From the NCBI RefSeq assembly GCF_006345805.1, contig NC_042999.1:101866001-101930000 (forward strand): a DNA stretch of 64,000 bases, in the 5' to 3' direction. Positions within the stretch are counted from its first letter, which is position 1. Every line of letters begins with the position of its first letter. The translations under genes and the position numbers were made by a program. The notes under the pieces are model-generated. The model made no database searches and was not told where the DNA came from. It saw only the letters and a list, made by a program, of their open reading frames with translations. Source of the DNA: Octopus sinensis. Taxonomy: Eukaryota. Below, in pieces: positions 49,734 to 62,334 of this stretch.

Positions 49734-51155
49734 TTAACAGTAATGGTAAGACAACAAAAGAATGAAAGAGACGATATTATGTGAATAAAGGAATTTATCT
49801 GTAATATAATATGACAATTATTTGGTTGCCATAATAAGACTCCCAGTTTCGGATGTTGGGGCAGAAACCTGCTCTGGAAGTAAAAAGTAAAGAAGTACAA
49901 ATGATCATAGCCAAAAAAGAGTCCTTTATAACAATCAAGGACCATAAAAAGAACTTCCTATCTAATCCTAAATGTAGGCTTATTAACCTAGCTAAATCAG
50001 AAATTGGTATTATTAGTAAAGAAATTATAGGAAAAATCAATACGAAAGTCAGGAATGCTACTAGGTTAGTACAATGGTCCAATAGTATAGAAGTCATTGA
50101 CTGGTTTAAAGCCATTTAGAATAAGAATAAAGCGAGATTTATGCAATTTGATATTGTCGATTTCTATGCCTCTATCTCTAAGGAACTGCTAGATAAAGCC
50201 CTCACCTTCGCAAGCGAATTTATAGAAATTAGTACACAAGATAAGGACATAATCTTCCATGCTGGAAAGACTTTACTCTTCAGTGAGAATGTAGAATGGG
50301 TCAAGACAACCGATACAGAGGGTGCTTTCGCTGTGAGCATGGGGTCATATGATGGAGCAGGCACATGCGATCTCACATTCGATACGTTGGACAAGACTTT
50401 TCATGACATATATTTCTCCATTTACAAAGATGTTGCCCTTGCTTTAACCACAAATACCAATGGACCAGCACAAGATCGGTTTAGGAGGGACATTCTCCAA
50501 ATGATGAAAACTTTCAGTCTTAGCATAACTCCAGATACCAACCTGATGGTTGTCGATTTCCTAGATTTATCCTTAGATCTAAATAAGAATATTTATAAAC
50601 CTTATAGGAAGCCCAACAATAGACTTAGTTATATTAATGTGGGTTCCTGCCATCCCCCCATAGTGTTTAAAAATTTTGCTTAAAATATTAGCAAAAGAAT
50701 TTCTAGCCTCCCCTCTGATAGGGACATTTTTAATAGTGTTGTCCCAGTATATAATAATGCTCTAAAAGATAGTGGATTTAGCAAGGAAATAATCTATGCA
50801 CCTGTCACCAGTCCAATAATAAAGAAAAGGAAACATAGAATAAGAAAACAATCTGGTTCACACACCTCTGCTCCCCCAAAGTGACCTTTAATATAGCTAT
50901 GTATTTCTTAGCACTGATAGGTAGACATTTTCCAGTCAATCATAGTTACAGAAAGCTCTTCAATAGGCATAACTTAAAAATCAGTTTCAGCACAACACAC
51001 AAAAACCACAAAATGAAACCAGCTGTTCATGCAGGGATAAAAATTTGTGCCTGCTAAATGGAGCTTGCATGTCCAAGACCATCATTTATGAAGCCACCGT
51101 GGACTCTGCAACCACTAAGGACACAGTTTCGACAAAGAAATATGTGGGCGAGGCT
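49734..51155 (+). mobile_element. Penelope-like element remnant (RT plus start of C-terminal GIY-YIG endonuclease)
   Basis: ITIKDHKKNF..NPKCRLIN.AKSEIG, QFDIVDFYASIS, MGSYDGA, YKDV (degenerate YRDD, 50423-50434), DFLDLSLDL, YKPYRKPNN, HPP, and CLLNGACM..IIYEATV...KYVG. Confidence 0.85.
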
Positions 51156-51415
51156 CCAGCAGGGTGGGGGCTGGCAAACCCTGCTATACTCTTTCACCGT
51201 AACTTACTCTCACACTTTCTTCCTGTTTCTTTTCTACCTGTATTTGAAAGGGCCAACTTTGTCACACTCTGTGTCATGCTGAATCCTCCTGAGAACTACA
51301 TTAAGAGTACATGTGTCTGTGGAGTGCTCAGCCACTTTGCACGTTAATTTCACGAGCAGGCTGTTTCATTGATTGGATCAACTGGAACCCTCGTCATTGT
51401 AACAGACAGAGTAAT
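51156..51415 (+). mobile_element. SINE-like 3' part abutting the PLE remnant
   Basis: Abrupt change from coding-like sequence to ctgctatactctttcacc...ggagtgctcagccactttgcacgttaatttcacgagcaggctg. Family recognised by recall; single copy in this window. Confidence 0.45.
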
Positions 51416-51972
51416 ACCCCCCCACACACACACATATACTTTAGCTAAGTAGTTACAGTTTTAAGTTGTCACACAAATAATGAACTTGCATGAAGGTAAG
51501 AAAAGTTTATTACTGCTTATAAAGTTTTTATATGCTAAAACTTGTTTGATGTCTCACTATTATGGACCATTATCCTTACTATAATTATCTTTACTATAAT
51601 GAAGATCTCACAGTACATAGGTAGTACTAGAATGCACCAAAAATGAGCCTGTATACAGTCACTCACTATACAAGAAATAATAGCCAAGTCTTCTTTGTAT
51701 CACATCCTGCCATCTCAAAAAAGGAGATCTCACTGGATAATGTAACACTAGATATCCAAAATGATTGGAATGCCTTTGATGAGAGGTTTGCTATATTGAT
51801 AACAGCAAATAAGTTCTTCAAATCTATTTATTACTACACTAGAGCCTGAAAATGGAAAAGAAAAACAAAATGAAGAAATAAGAGAGAAAGAGAAAGAAAC
51901 AGTTATTTAAGCAAACTGAAAACTATTATGAAAGGAGATTGTTGATTCACAGACATAATATATTTTGAATGA

Positions 51973-52188
51973 AAGGTGGTGAGCTGGCAGAAATGTTAGC
52001 ACACCAGGTAAAATGCTTAGCAGTATTTCATCTGTCCTTACATTCTGAGTTCAAATTTTGCCGAGGTTGACTTTGCCTTTCATCCTTTCAGGGTTGATAA
52101 ATTAAATACCAGTTATGTACTGAGGTCAATCTAATCAACTGGCCCCCCTCCCCCAAAATTTAGGGCCTTGTGCCTAGAGTAGAAAAGA
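51973..52188 (+). mobile_element. tRNA-derived SINE family B, well-preserved
   Basis: aaggtggtgagctggcagaaatgttagc...ctgagttcaaatt...gttgactttgcctttcatcctttcagggttgataaattaaataccag. Confidence 0.85.
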
Positions 52189-52309
52189 ATATATATTGAA
52201 TGACTTGATAAGTAGTGGAATAACCTTAAATTCAAATCACATCTAAAATAGGTGGGAAAAAATATACATAACTGTAATAGATCTTCAAAAAGAAGTCAAA
52301 ATTTGCAAT

Positions 52310-52359
52310 TCTTCTTCGTCTCTTTCTTCTTCTTCTTCTTCTTCTTCTTCTTCTTCTTC

Positions 52360-52414
<55 letters not shown>

Positions 52415-52432
52415 CATTATTATTATTATTAT
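52310..52432. repeat. (CTT)n(ATT)n compound microsatellite
   Basis: Direct reading. Confidence 0.97.
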
Positions 52433-52465
52433 TTGGCAGAGGATGGTTGCATTCATAGATTCTAT

Positions 52466-52650
52466 CATCCTCTTCATCATCATTTAACGTCTGTTTTCCA
52501 TACTGGCATGGGTTGGACGGTATGACAGAAGCTGGCAAGCCAGAAGACTACAACAGTGAAGCCTGGTGCAGTCTTCTAGCTTACCAGTACCTATCAAACC
52601 GTTCAATTCATGCCAGCATGAAAAACGGACATTAAATAATGAAGATGACG
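52466..52650. repeat. Two RTE tails in inverted orientation (~55-bp arms)
   Basis: catttaacgtctgttttccatactggcatgggttggacggt matches the reverse complement of accgttcaattcatgccagcatgaaaaacggacattaaat. Confidence 0.7.
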
Positions 52651-52932
52651 ATAGATTTTATAAAGGTAAATAAAGTTATTGACTTTCTTTTATGAATTGA
52701 ATTTATTTTTTATTTGTTTCTGTCATTGGACTGGGGTTATGCTGGGACACTGCCTTGAAGGGTTTAGTCCAACAACTCAACCCCAGTAGTTATCTCTTAT
52801 TCTGTTGGTCTGTTTTACTGAATCACTAAGTTATGAGAGTGTTGACAAACCAACACCAGTTGGAAAGTGCTAATAGGTGGTGGACAAGCACAAACACACA
52901 TACACACACGCACATACACGTCTATACATACA

Positions 52933-54223
52933 CAAGGGCCAGCTGAAAAGTTCATAAGCTGATCAACATACTCTCATGGAATGTAACCAAATGAGGTTTA
53001 TTTTTCAACATAGTCCTCCTTGCAGTTCATACACTTCTTCCATCAGTATCGCAGTGCTTGGAGCACCCATTGGTGAAGAAGCTTTCATCCTGTTGATCAA
53101 AAAAGTCATCAACAGCATGTATGATATTGTCATCACTATGATGCTGGTTCCCAGCCAAGTGTTTTTTCCTGTTGGGGAGCAGATGATAGTCAGATAGGGC
53201 CAATCAGGAGCATGGAGAGAGTAATCAACCAGTTCAAAACCACAGTCACACATAACAGCCATTGAAAACAAGGACTTGTGTGTTGAAGCATTGTACTCAT
53301 GAAACAAGGCCCCTTTCATCAGTTTTCCTAGGCATTTGGTCTTGATAACATTTTGTAACTGCCTCAGTAAGTTGGCATTGAACTCTCCATAAATGAAGTG
53401 GCTTTTTTAAAGATAGTCAATAAACAATGCCTTTTGCATTCCAAAAAACAGAGGCCATCACCTTCCCAGCAGATGAAACAACTTTAGACTTCTTTGGAGA
53501 AGGTGAGGAGGGGTGTCTCCACTGCATGGACTGTCGCTTTGTCTCTGGCTCAAAGTGATGAAGCCAACACTCATCCTGGCTTAGAAAACACTCAAGGAAA
53601 CCAGCTGAATCTGCCTCAAACAGTATTAGATTTTCCTGTGATGTGATCAGCCTGGAGTGCTTTTGATCAGGTATCAGAAAATGTGGCACCCACCAAGCAG
53701 AAAGCTTCATCATGCCAAGTTCATTGTGCAGAATATTCACAACTCTCTCACAAGATATGCTAATAGCTTTGGCTATTTAATTTGTAGCCAGTCGACTGTC
53801 ATCCATCACCATGTAGTGAACACAATCAATGTTTTCCTCTGTAGTGACAGTTGTAGGATGTCCAGACCTTGAGTCATTTTTCCAGACTCTCCTTTCCTCT
53901 CCTAAATTCAGCTTCCCACTTTCAGGGTGTTGATAAAGCTGGAGCATCATTCCCAAATGTAGTGACCACACCAGCACAAATGTCCTTGGGGACTAAAGCC
54001 TGTTTACTGCAAGTACTTGATAACACAACGATGGCAAATTTTATTCATTTTTAAGTCGTTACTAGTTACATTTGAAGTTTTCTTTGAACAGTCAGACATC
54101 AGTTTACCTGGAAAGAAACAATGCAGTTATTAATAAGAAGGGTTGAAATTAATGCATGCAACATTTCACAGCTCTAACATCATTCCTTCATAATTTGCCT
54201 ATGAACTTTTCAGCTTCTCCTTA
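52933..54223 (-). mobile_element. Full-length (1291 bp) decayed mariner transposon
   Basis: TIR caagggccagctgaaaagttcataagc matches the reverse complement of the right end (taaggagaagctgaaaagttcataggc). The minus-strand transposase from ATG 54048 has MNKI.HR.VIKYL, SRSGHP, WVPHFL, QDECWLHHFEPETKRQS, AGKVMASVFW; multiple stops and frameshifts. Confidence 0.93.
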
Positions 54224-55973
54224 TGAGTGTGTGTGTGTGTGTGTGTATGTGTGTGTGTGTGTGTGTGCGTGCGCGTGCGTGTGTGTGTGTGTGTGTGTGC
54301 GTGCGTGCGTGCGCGTGCACATACATATCCAATGGGCTTTCACACTGTTTCCATCTGCCAAATTCACTCAAAGGGCATTGGCTGGGTGGAAATTATAGTA
54401 GAAGACACTTGCTCAAGGTGCTGCAGGGCTGAACTGGACCCAAAACCTCATGGCTGCAAAGTGAGCTTTTCAACCATATAGCCATGCCTGCATCTATTCA
54501 AGTAGTTTCTTTTAAGAACTAGAAAAAAGTTATTAAACAAATTAAGCAATTAAAAAAGAGCCTCAAAGTTTTGTTGTTTTTTGGTTAGATTAATCTATTT
54601 AATTTCCTTTTTTTTTTTTCATATTTGGAGAAATAAGCTGTGCCATGCACTTTGCAGAACCTCTGGGATCTGTGAGATCAATGAAATTAATATTTTTTTC
54701 CATCAACTGAAACTGGACAGCCACAAAAAAACCATGGGAAAGGAAGGAATTCCAGAGAACCTATGTTCCAAGGAGGATGACCTTGGGATAGGAATTTGAG
54801 ACAAGGCTGTAGGGGTGGACATAATATAAGTGATAAGCAAAAATTAGGTAGGTCCAAGATCATTTTAAAATCTTTAATTTATCTAAAATCTGGCCAAAAT
54901 TTTAGTGCTAATATTTGAAATCAGAAACAGAATTAATTATGTAATCTAGTTAGGTTGTACCAAATGCTATTATGTCGTTATTTATTAATTTTTTCTTGGG
55001 TGACAGCTTAATTTGTAACCCAGTTAATACCACCTCTTAGCTCTTAGGGCCTTCAGAGTTCACTCTGTAAGTATTTGAGCCTGATGATAACAGCTTCTCA
55101 TAAGCCTTAGAGATCCTGAAAAAAAGGTAGTGGGCATTGCTCTATTTTCTCTGATCGACATTAAAAAAAGAAGGGATGTACAGCAATAGTTAATACATTA
55201 TGCACAGCAACAGGTTTCTTTTACCTTTTACTTGTTTCAGTCATTAGACCGTGGCCATGCTGGAGCACCACCTTGAAGAGTTTTAAGTCAAATGAATTGC
55301 CCCTGTACTTTTTTAAAGCCTTGTACTTATTCTATCAGTTTCTTTTACCAAATTGCTAAGTTACATGGATGTAAATGTACCAACACCAGTTGTCAAGCAG
55401 TAGGGTGGACAGACAAAAACACACAGACACACGACAGGCTTTTTTCAATTTCCATCTACCAAATCCACTCACAAGGCTTTGGTCAACCCAAGACTATAGT
55501 AGAGGACACTTGCCCAAGGTGCCATGCAGTGTGACTAAACCTAGAACCATGTGGTTGGGAAGCAAGCTTCTTACTACACAGCAACAATTGTGCCTAAGTT
55601 AATACATTAAATATTTTAAAATTCTAATGAAAAACCCTTTCAAACATTGCAATTATAGATTTGATAGGAAATCATTGTTTACCACAAAATGTCATTGTTC
55701 TTCTATGTTAAATCCCATTGTGCCTGTGCATTTGAATAGTCAAGGACAACAATTTACTCTAAAGAGAGAAGATAATGGGAAGATTTACCTTTCAACACTA
55801 GGTGTATATTTAAATAAATGACTGGTGCATTTCATTTAGTTAAGAATAAGTTTACTTTGATAGCCTTTCTTTCTTATCTGGTATGGCATTCAGATACGTT
55901 GGAATCTGTAATTATAATTTAGAGGACATTTCATTCAATTTTTTGAAATAACCATTTTTTTACCTTACCAGTG

Positions 55974-56014
<41 letters not shown>

Positions 56015-56375
56015 CAATTTCTGTGAGTTTAGTTGATTGTCAAGGAACAAATACTGAATGATGGTCTGAAGCAAGATGGAAGAAGATGAAGTTTCAAGAA
56101 TAATGTTGACCCCTATATCTGAAGAAAAATATATCACAATAAAGAAAACCAAATGTTAAGTTATACAGATATTAAAACCACATGCTAATTCAGAGGACTA
56201 TGCAGACTAGTAGTTTTTGAAATGCAGTGTTTACAGTCTATACTAGAGATATCATTACAAGATAAACATAGAAACACTTCCACAATATAAGTTCTTTACA
56301 TAACGTACAACATTACCAAAGTGATAAAAAGAAGAGACTGAAATGGTTCAGCCATGCAATAAGACACCCAATCAT

Positions 56376-56579
56376 GAGTCTAGGACATTTACTCCTCATG
56401 GACAATAACCCCGCAAGGACAATTACCTCTGAGGACAACAGATGATGATTTAAAACTTCTTAATATATTACAGAGGGGGAAATTAACCGGGGGGGGGGAT
56501 TGTCCTAGGGGGTAGTTGTCATCGGGGGAATTGTCCTATGGAGATAATTGTCCGGGGGGGTGGGGGTTGTCTTGATACG
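56376..56579. mobile_element. MULE-like MITE with exact 9-bp TSD and GGACAAT subterminal repeats
   Basis: TSD cccaatcat at 56367-56375 and 56580-56588; repeated ggacaa(t) motifs on the left and (at)tgtcc motifs on the right, with G-runs. Confidence 0.75.
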
Positions 56580-56810
56580 CCCAATCATTAAATAGCATTG
56601 TGATGCAGGACTTATAAGAGAGGGGTTCAGCTAGTATATTAGTTTAAGGCCCGAAGAGCCAAAGGATGGCACATGAATATGTGACAGGTGTCTCCCTTTA
56701 AAAAATGTTATTTCTGAGGATCTCCACTCTACTTATTGTGGAAGTAGCAGTCCACAATGACTTTCCAAACACTAGACCATGTAATAGATTCACCTCTCAG
56801 CTCCAACATG

Positions 56811-56842
<32 letters not shown>

Positions 56843-56874
56843 CATGTATACATACATGCATATACCCATTTAAG

Positions 56875-57206
56875 TGAAGACGCATGGCTCAGTGGTTAGA
56901 GTGTTGGCTTCACAGGGTAGTGAGTTTGATTCCCAGACTGGGCTGTGTGTTGTGTTCTTGAGCAAGACACTTTATTTCACATTGCTTCAGTTCACTCAGC
57001 TGTAGAAATGAGTTGCAACGTCACTGGTGCCAAGCTGTATCAGCCTTTGCCTTTCCCTATTGGTGGCATGAAGAGAGGAGGCTGGTATGCATGAGCGACT
57101 GCTGGTCTTCCATAAACAAATTTGACTGGACTTGTGCCTTGGAGGGGAACTTTCTTGGCGCAATCCTGTGGTCATACATGACCAAGGAGGTCTTTACCCT
57201 TTACCC
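56875..57206 (+). mobile_element. tRNA-derived SINE with V-domain-like core
   Basis: Head gcatggctcagtggttagag...gagtttgattcc; core gtgttgtgttcttgagcaagacactttatttcacattgc...cagctgtagaaatg. Confidence 0.75.
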
Positions 57207-57913
57207 ATTTATGCATCATACTTAATATAAATACATTGTGATAAGCAAAGTTATCTGGAGATAACATCACTTATGGATGTGCTCTATTTAAAAACACAAT
57301 ATATATATCAAAAGGAGGTGAAAATCATACCAGCAACCACAGCAAGAGAGAATTCTAGATGCATTTCTGCTTCATAGAGTACTTTTGACAATGAGTACTC
57401 ACAGACAGCATGCTTAGAGGAAAATTGTCACCACCATTTTAAGAGAAAACAACTAGTTGTGTTTCAAATAGCTGCCTAAGCTGGACAAAGATCCATTATG
57501 TGCAACATAAGCAGTATTAGACTAAAACAGTTACTTATGTACCATACTTTATGTAAATACATTCTGATAGTCAAACTTATTGTATTCATTTGGAGATATC
57601 TGTTTTGGATATGTTGTATTTAAATATATGCAATTGAAAATTCCCAACAAGACAGAAATGTATCTAGCATTCTCACTTGCCTGGTGGGATGAGATTCAAT
57701 TCAAATTCCATGTTTTACTTTTTTTCTCATCCTCATTGACTTTCATTTATCATATATGTTCTCTCTCTCAATATCTAATCTCTCTTCCTTTTTATCACCC
57801 CCCCCTTTCCTTCTCTTATGATTTTTATTTCTTTAGTGACAACTAGCACTTATGAACACTCCTTTTCTATCATTATGTATATCTCTCTCTCTTCTTGTCC
57901 CTCTTTCTGACTT

Positions 57914-57954
<41 letters not shown>

Positions 57955-59350
57955 ACTTACTGCTCCTCATAAAAATTGGCCATTGTCTTTGGACTTTTTA
58001 CATCAAAGGTTATTTCATTTTCAAAAAAATGTGAATCACAAAACACTGTTTTTGTTTACATTTCCCTATTTATGTCAATCAATTCCTTTATCATTTTACA
58101 TGGCTTAAAATCACATTTTTATAATTTCTCTTTAACTTATAACCACAGGTCAGTATTAGATAGTAATAATTTCATTCTAGAACATCAACATTTGTGTAAT
58201 TTCTTGACTGGTCTTTTTGCTTTACATTTCTTTTATAAATTTTTTTTTCATTCCTTGTATAAGAAGAAAAGAAGGAACTTTTAAACAATTCATTTCCATC
58301 AATAATGGTGTGAAAAAAAGTGCCCTACCTACAACACCTGCTACCAAATGCAAGTGTGCTCTGAGAGCAACTGAAACAAATTAACTGTGTCAACAAAGAC
58401 CTCAAGCTAACATAACCAAAAATGCAGCTCATAGAAAACTTGAGATTGATAGTAGAAGTGGCACTCGCCATAGATAGAAGGCTGTCCATGAATAACTGGA
58501 AATGCCTGAAGAATGACAAGCTTACCTTCATCTGATAACTGTCAGACAGACAGCACATAGACACCATGAAACCTGGAAGTATACCAGGCCAGCCTCTGCT
58601 TTCTTGCTCAAAAAGCAAGACAGGCAGATACTAGATCCTGACCGTAGACATATGGGCTGTGGAAAAGTAAAGTGTTTCTGAAAAAATAGTTTTAGTAGGT
58701 ATACTTCAAAATTTGTGGCAAGCATTTGACTAAGAAATGGAAACAAGAGATGAATACAGTTTTCTGTTCAGTTGAAAAGGTTAAATCTATAAAATCTAAT
58801 TGATCCACTGGCATCCCTAAATTAGCTTTCAAGAGAAATCAAGTATTGCCTTATTAAACCAGATATACTTTCATTAACAAAAAAAAAAACAAACTCTGGG
58901 ATCATTTATAGCTACATTTTATTCAAAGAAATTCTGGGTATTCCGAAAGTACATGTGCATGCATGTGTGAGTAATAGCATAGCCGTATGGTTAAAAGGCT
59001 CACTTTGCAACCAGTGATTCTACCATCAATTGCACAGTAGAAGACCTTTCAACAGGGCTAAAGCTGCAACCAAGAGTTTCCAAGTTCAATCCTGCTGTGT
59101 GGTACTTTGAGCTAGTGTCACCTGGTGTAGCCTTGGATTGAACCAATACCTTCTGAGAAAACATTTAGTAGATGGAAATTTTGCTGAACCCATTATATAA
59201 ATATAGCACAGGAGTGGCTGTGTATGGTGTGGTAAGTAGCTTGCTTACTAACCACATGGTTCTGGATTCAGTCCCATTGCGTGGCACCTTGGGCAAGTGT
59301 CTTTTACTATAGCCTCAGGCCAACCAAAGGAGCCCGTCATATATATATAT

Positions 59351-60322
59351 CTAAAGTTCAACCTTCGCATATTCCCGGTGCTCCACCATTCACTATCATT
59401 TCTTCTCCGACTTAAAGCGATGTCCATAAGCAAGCTAAGAAGATTTTCTCCCTTCTTTTTCATACATACATACATACATTTGTCTACCGTTTAAATGTTT
59501 TGAACTTATAACCACCAATCTGCTTTGCTTTCCTTTTCTTTCTATATGCCACCCTAAAAACATCGCCATTCCCGCCCGTTTCTCTAAAGTTCAACCTTCG
59601 CATATTCCCGGTGCTCCACCATTCACTATCATTCTCTCCTCCGACTTAAAGCGATGCCATAAGCAAGCTAAGAAGATTTTCTCCCTTCTTTTCATACATA
59701 CATACATACATTTGTCTACCGTTTAAATGTTTTGAACTTATAACCACCAATCTGCTTTGCTTTCCTTTTCTTTCTATATGCCACCTAAAAACATCGCCAT
59801 TCCCGCCCGTTTCTCTAAAGTTCAAACTTCGCATATTCCGGTGCCCTTGCCCCCCCCCCACCATTAATATCTCTTTCTTCTCCGACTCTAAAGCGATGTG
59901 TCCATAAGCAAGCTAAGAGATTTCTCCCTTCTTTTTCCATAACATACATACATCATGGCTACCGTTTAAATTGTTTTGAACTTCTAAACCACCCCTCTGC
60001 TTTGCTTTCCTTTTCTTTCTATTACTGCCACCTAAACATCGTGCCATTCCCGCCCGTTCTCTAAAGTTCAACCTTCGCATATTCCCGGTGTCAACCATTC
60101 CACTATCATTGCAGTTTCTTCTCCGACGAAAAGCGATGGCCAGAGCAAGCGAAGAAGATTTTCTCCCTTATTTTTATACATAATAAATTTGTCGACCGTT
60201 TAAATGTTTTGAACTTATAACCAACCAATCTGCTTTGCTTTCCTTTTCTTCTATAGCCACCCTAAAAACATCGCCATTCCCGACCGTTTCTCTAAGTTCA
60301 ACCTTCGCATATTAACCGGTGC
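59351..60322. repeat. Tandem array of a ~232-bp unit (4 full copies plus 1 partial)
   Basis: Unit starts (ctaaagttcaaccttcgcatattcccggtg) at 59351, 59584, 59815, 60061 and 60292. Confidence 0.97.
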
Positions 60323-60544
60323 ACCCGCCCGCCCACCCACCACCAATACGGAACTCTATATTTTGCTCCCATCTATACCGGATGTCGCTTCCACACCATG
60401 ATAGGTGCTACTCTTCGAACCCCCCTGTCAACACGTATTCACTGCATACCCAACTTCTTTGATATCCTAAGTCTATGCCTATGAACCGGTCATCATTTCT
60501 CTGAACCACCTCCCCTGGTGCTAACCTATATTATTATGCCCCCC

Positions 60545-60795
60545 CCACATAAAAAGCACCATACGAACGTGGCGATGCAGACCCTCTGGCTACCTGTGCA
60601 GGTCGGCACGCTCACAAAAAAAACAACACTCACCGCGGATGGTTAGGGTTAGGAAGGGCATCCAGCTGTTTAGAAAACACTGACAGACTAGACTGGAGCC
60701 TGGGGAAGTCCCTAAGCTCCCCAGACCCCGGTTCGAAACCGCCAACTTCGTGCTAGCGCGGAAAACGGACGTAAACGATGATGATGATGATGATG
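60545..60795 (+). mobile_element. RTE 3'-tail copy with many small indels
   Basis: ggttaggaagggcatccagctgtttagaaaac...gaaaacggacgtaaacgatgatgatg. Confidence 0.7.
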
Positions 60796-61331
60796 ATAAT
60801 ATAGATACGATAGATATATATAATAATATTAGCAGTAATAAGAGTAGTAATATACCGATACTAATAGAAGTAAAAATGTTAATTAATAGAAGTAAGCTTA
60901 ATAGAGAAACGGGAAAAGAAAATATCAGTGATATCTATAAGCAGCAATTATAAAGTTTGTGATAATAATACTACATAGGTGCCTTTCTTTCTCCCCTATT
61001 CCACTTTTTTCTTTTTTTCTTTTCCTTTTTCTTTTTTCTTTTTCTTTTTCTCTTTCTTTTCTATCCTTCTCCCCTGTTTCTCTTTCTTTTTTCTTTTTCT
61101 TTTCCTTCTTTCTTCTTCTTCTTCTTCTCCTTTTTCTTTTTCTTTTTTCCTTGTCTCTTTCCTTTTTCTTTTATTTTATTTTCTTTGCCCCACAAATAAA
61201 TTCCTTCAGCCTTTAGAAATCTTAACATAGCAGTTTTGCACGGAGAGCAGTAATATGGCAAATTACCTTATCATATAGCATGAAATGATTGTGGATTAAT
61301 AATGGTTAAATACATCGTCTGTGAGTATGAA

Positions 61332-61540
61332 ATTCCTCCTCTTACCACTGGAAATGTAAATCTTCACTATGGATTAATTCACCTTTTCTGTGAAGCTAAT
61401 AAGTCTTTAAAAACCTGTGATAAGTCTGTGCATCATCCTCCTCATATCTCTGGAAATTTAAATCTACACTATGGATTGATTCATCTTCTCTTCGAAACTA
61501 ATAAGTTTTTAAAAATCTGTGATAAGACTGTGCATCATCA
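61332..61540 (+). repeat. 102-bp diverged tandem duplication inside an 80-codon ORF
   Basis: ctggaaatgtaaatcttcactatggatt at 61348 and ctggaaatttaaatctacactatggatt at 61450. Confidence 0.9.
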
Positions 61541-61801
61541 TTAAGGAACTTTGGAAAACTGTTTACAACCTATATCTGCCTCTAATGGAATTATCTCCAA
61601 TATTTCATGAGTATAACCTCACCCACTAAGATGTCTAGAGAACTCATATGTATTTTAGCTGATGAGTACGGGACACTTTTATCTGCTGCAATTTTTGCAA
61701 CTTGTAATAAAGCCTGTCTTTGTATGAAACAATTGTACTAAAAACTAATCCATTCTTGTTGCTTCTTTCTCATATATATATATATATATAAAAATAAATA
61801 A

Positions 61802-61834
<33 letters not shown>

Positions 61835-62334
61835 GTGCATCTGTGTTTGTCTCTCCAACATTGCTTGACAACCGATGGTGGTGTGTTTACATCCCCATAA
61901 CTTAGCAGTTCAGCAAAAGGGTACAATAGAATAAGTACTAGGCTTACAAATAATAAGTCTTGGGTCAATTCGCACAACTAAAGGCGGTGCTCCAGCATGG
62001 CTGCAGTTGAATGACTGAAACAAATGAAAGAATATATATATTTTTGTGTGTGTGTGAGAGAGAGAGAGAGCGAGAGAGAGATTTTTTTTATATACTGGTG
62101 TAAACCAGTGCATCAAATTACATCCCTTTATTTCAAAAAAGGGGTAAAAACTTGGGCTTTCAATAAATAGAAGTAGATAATTATCAGACTGAGAAAAATA
62201 CTAATGTCATTATCATCAACTAAGACTCTTGTAGGCACTGCCTCAGCACAGCCACAACTCAATTACTAAAAGCAATAAAAGAACATAAAATAATACAAAA
62301 AAATGTTATTTGCACTTTGTACAGTGAGATCTGA

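Noticed and set aside
58325-58746. Coding-looking stretch with 97-aa and 72-aa minus ORFs
   Set aside because: No motif recognised in any frame; possibly an old TE fragment but unsupported.
59351-60322. Tandem array considered as a CRISPR or tRNA array
   Set aside because: The units are full-length repeats with no unique spacers, no cloverleaf and a eukaryotic context.
61658-61730. CTGATGA...GAAA spacing suggestive of a hammerhead
   Set aside because: Stem II has only 4 weak pairs around a ~50-nt loop, with no stem I or III support.
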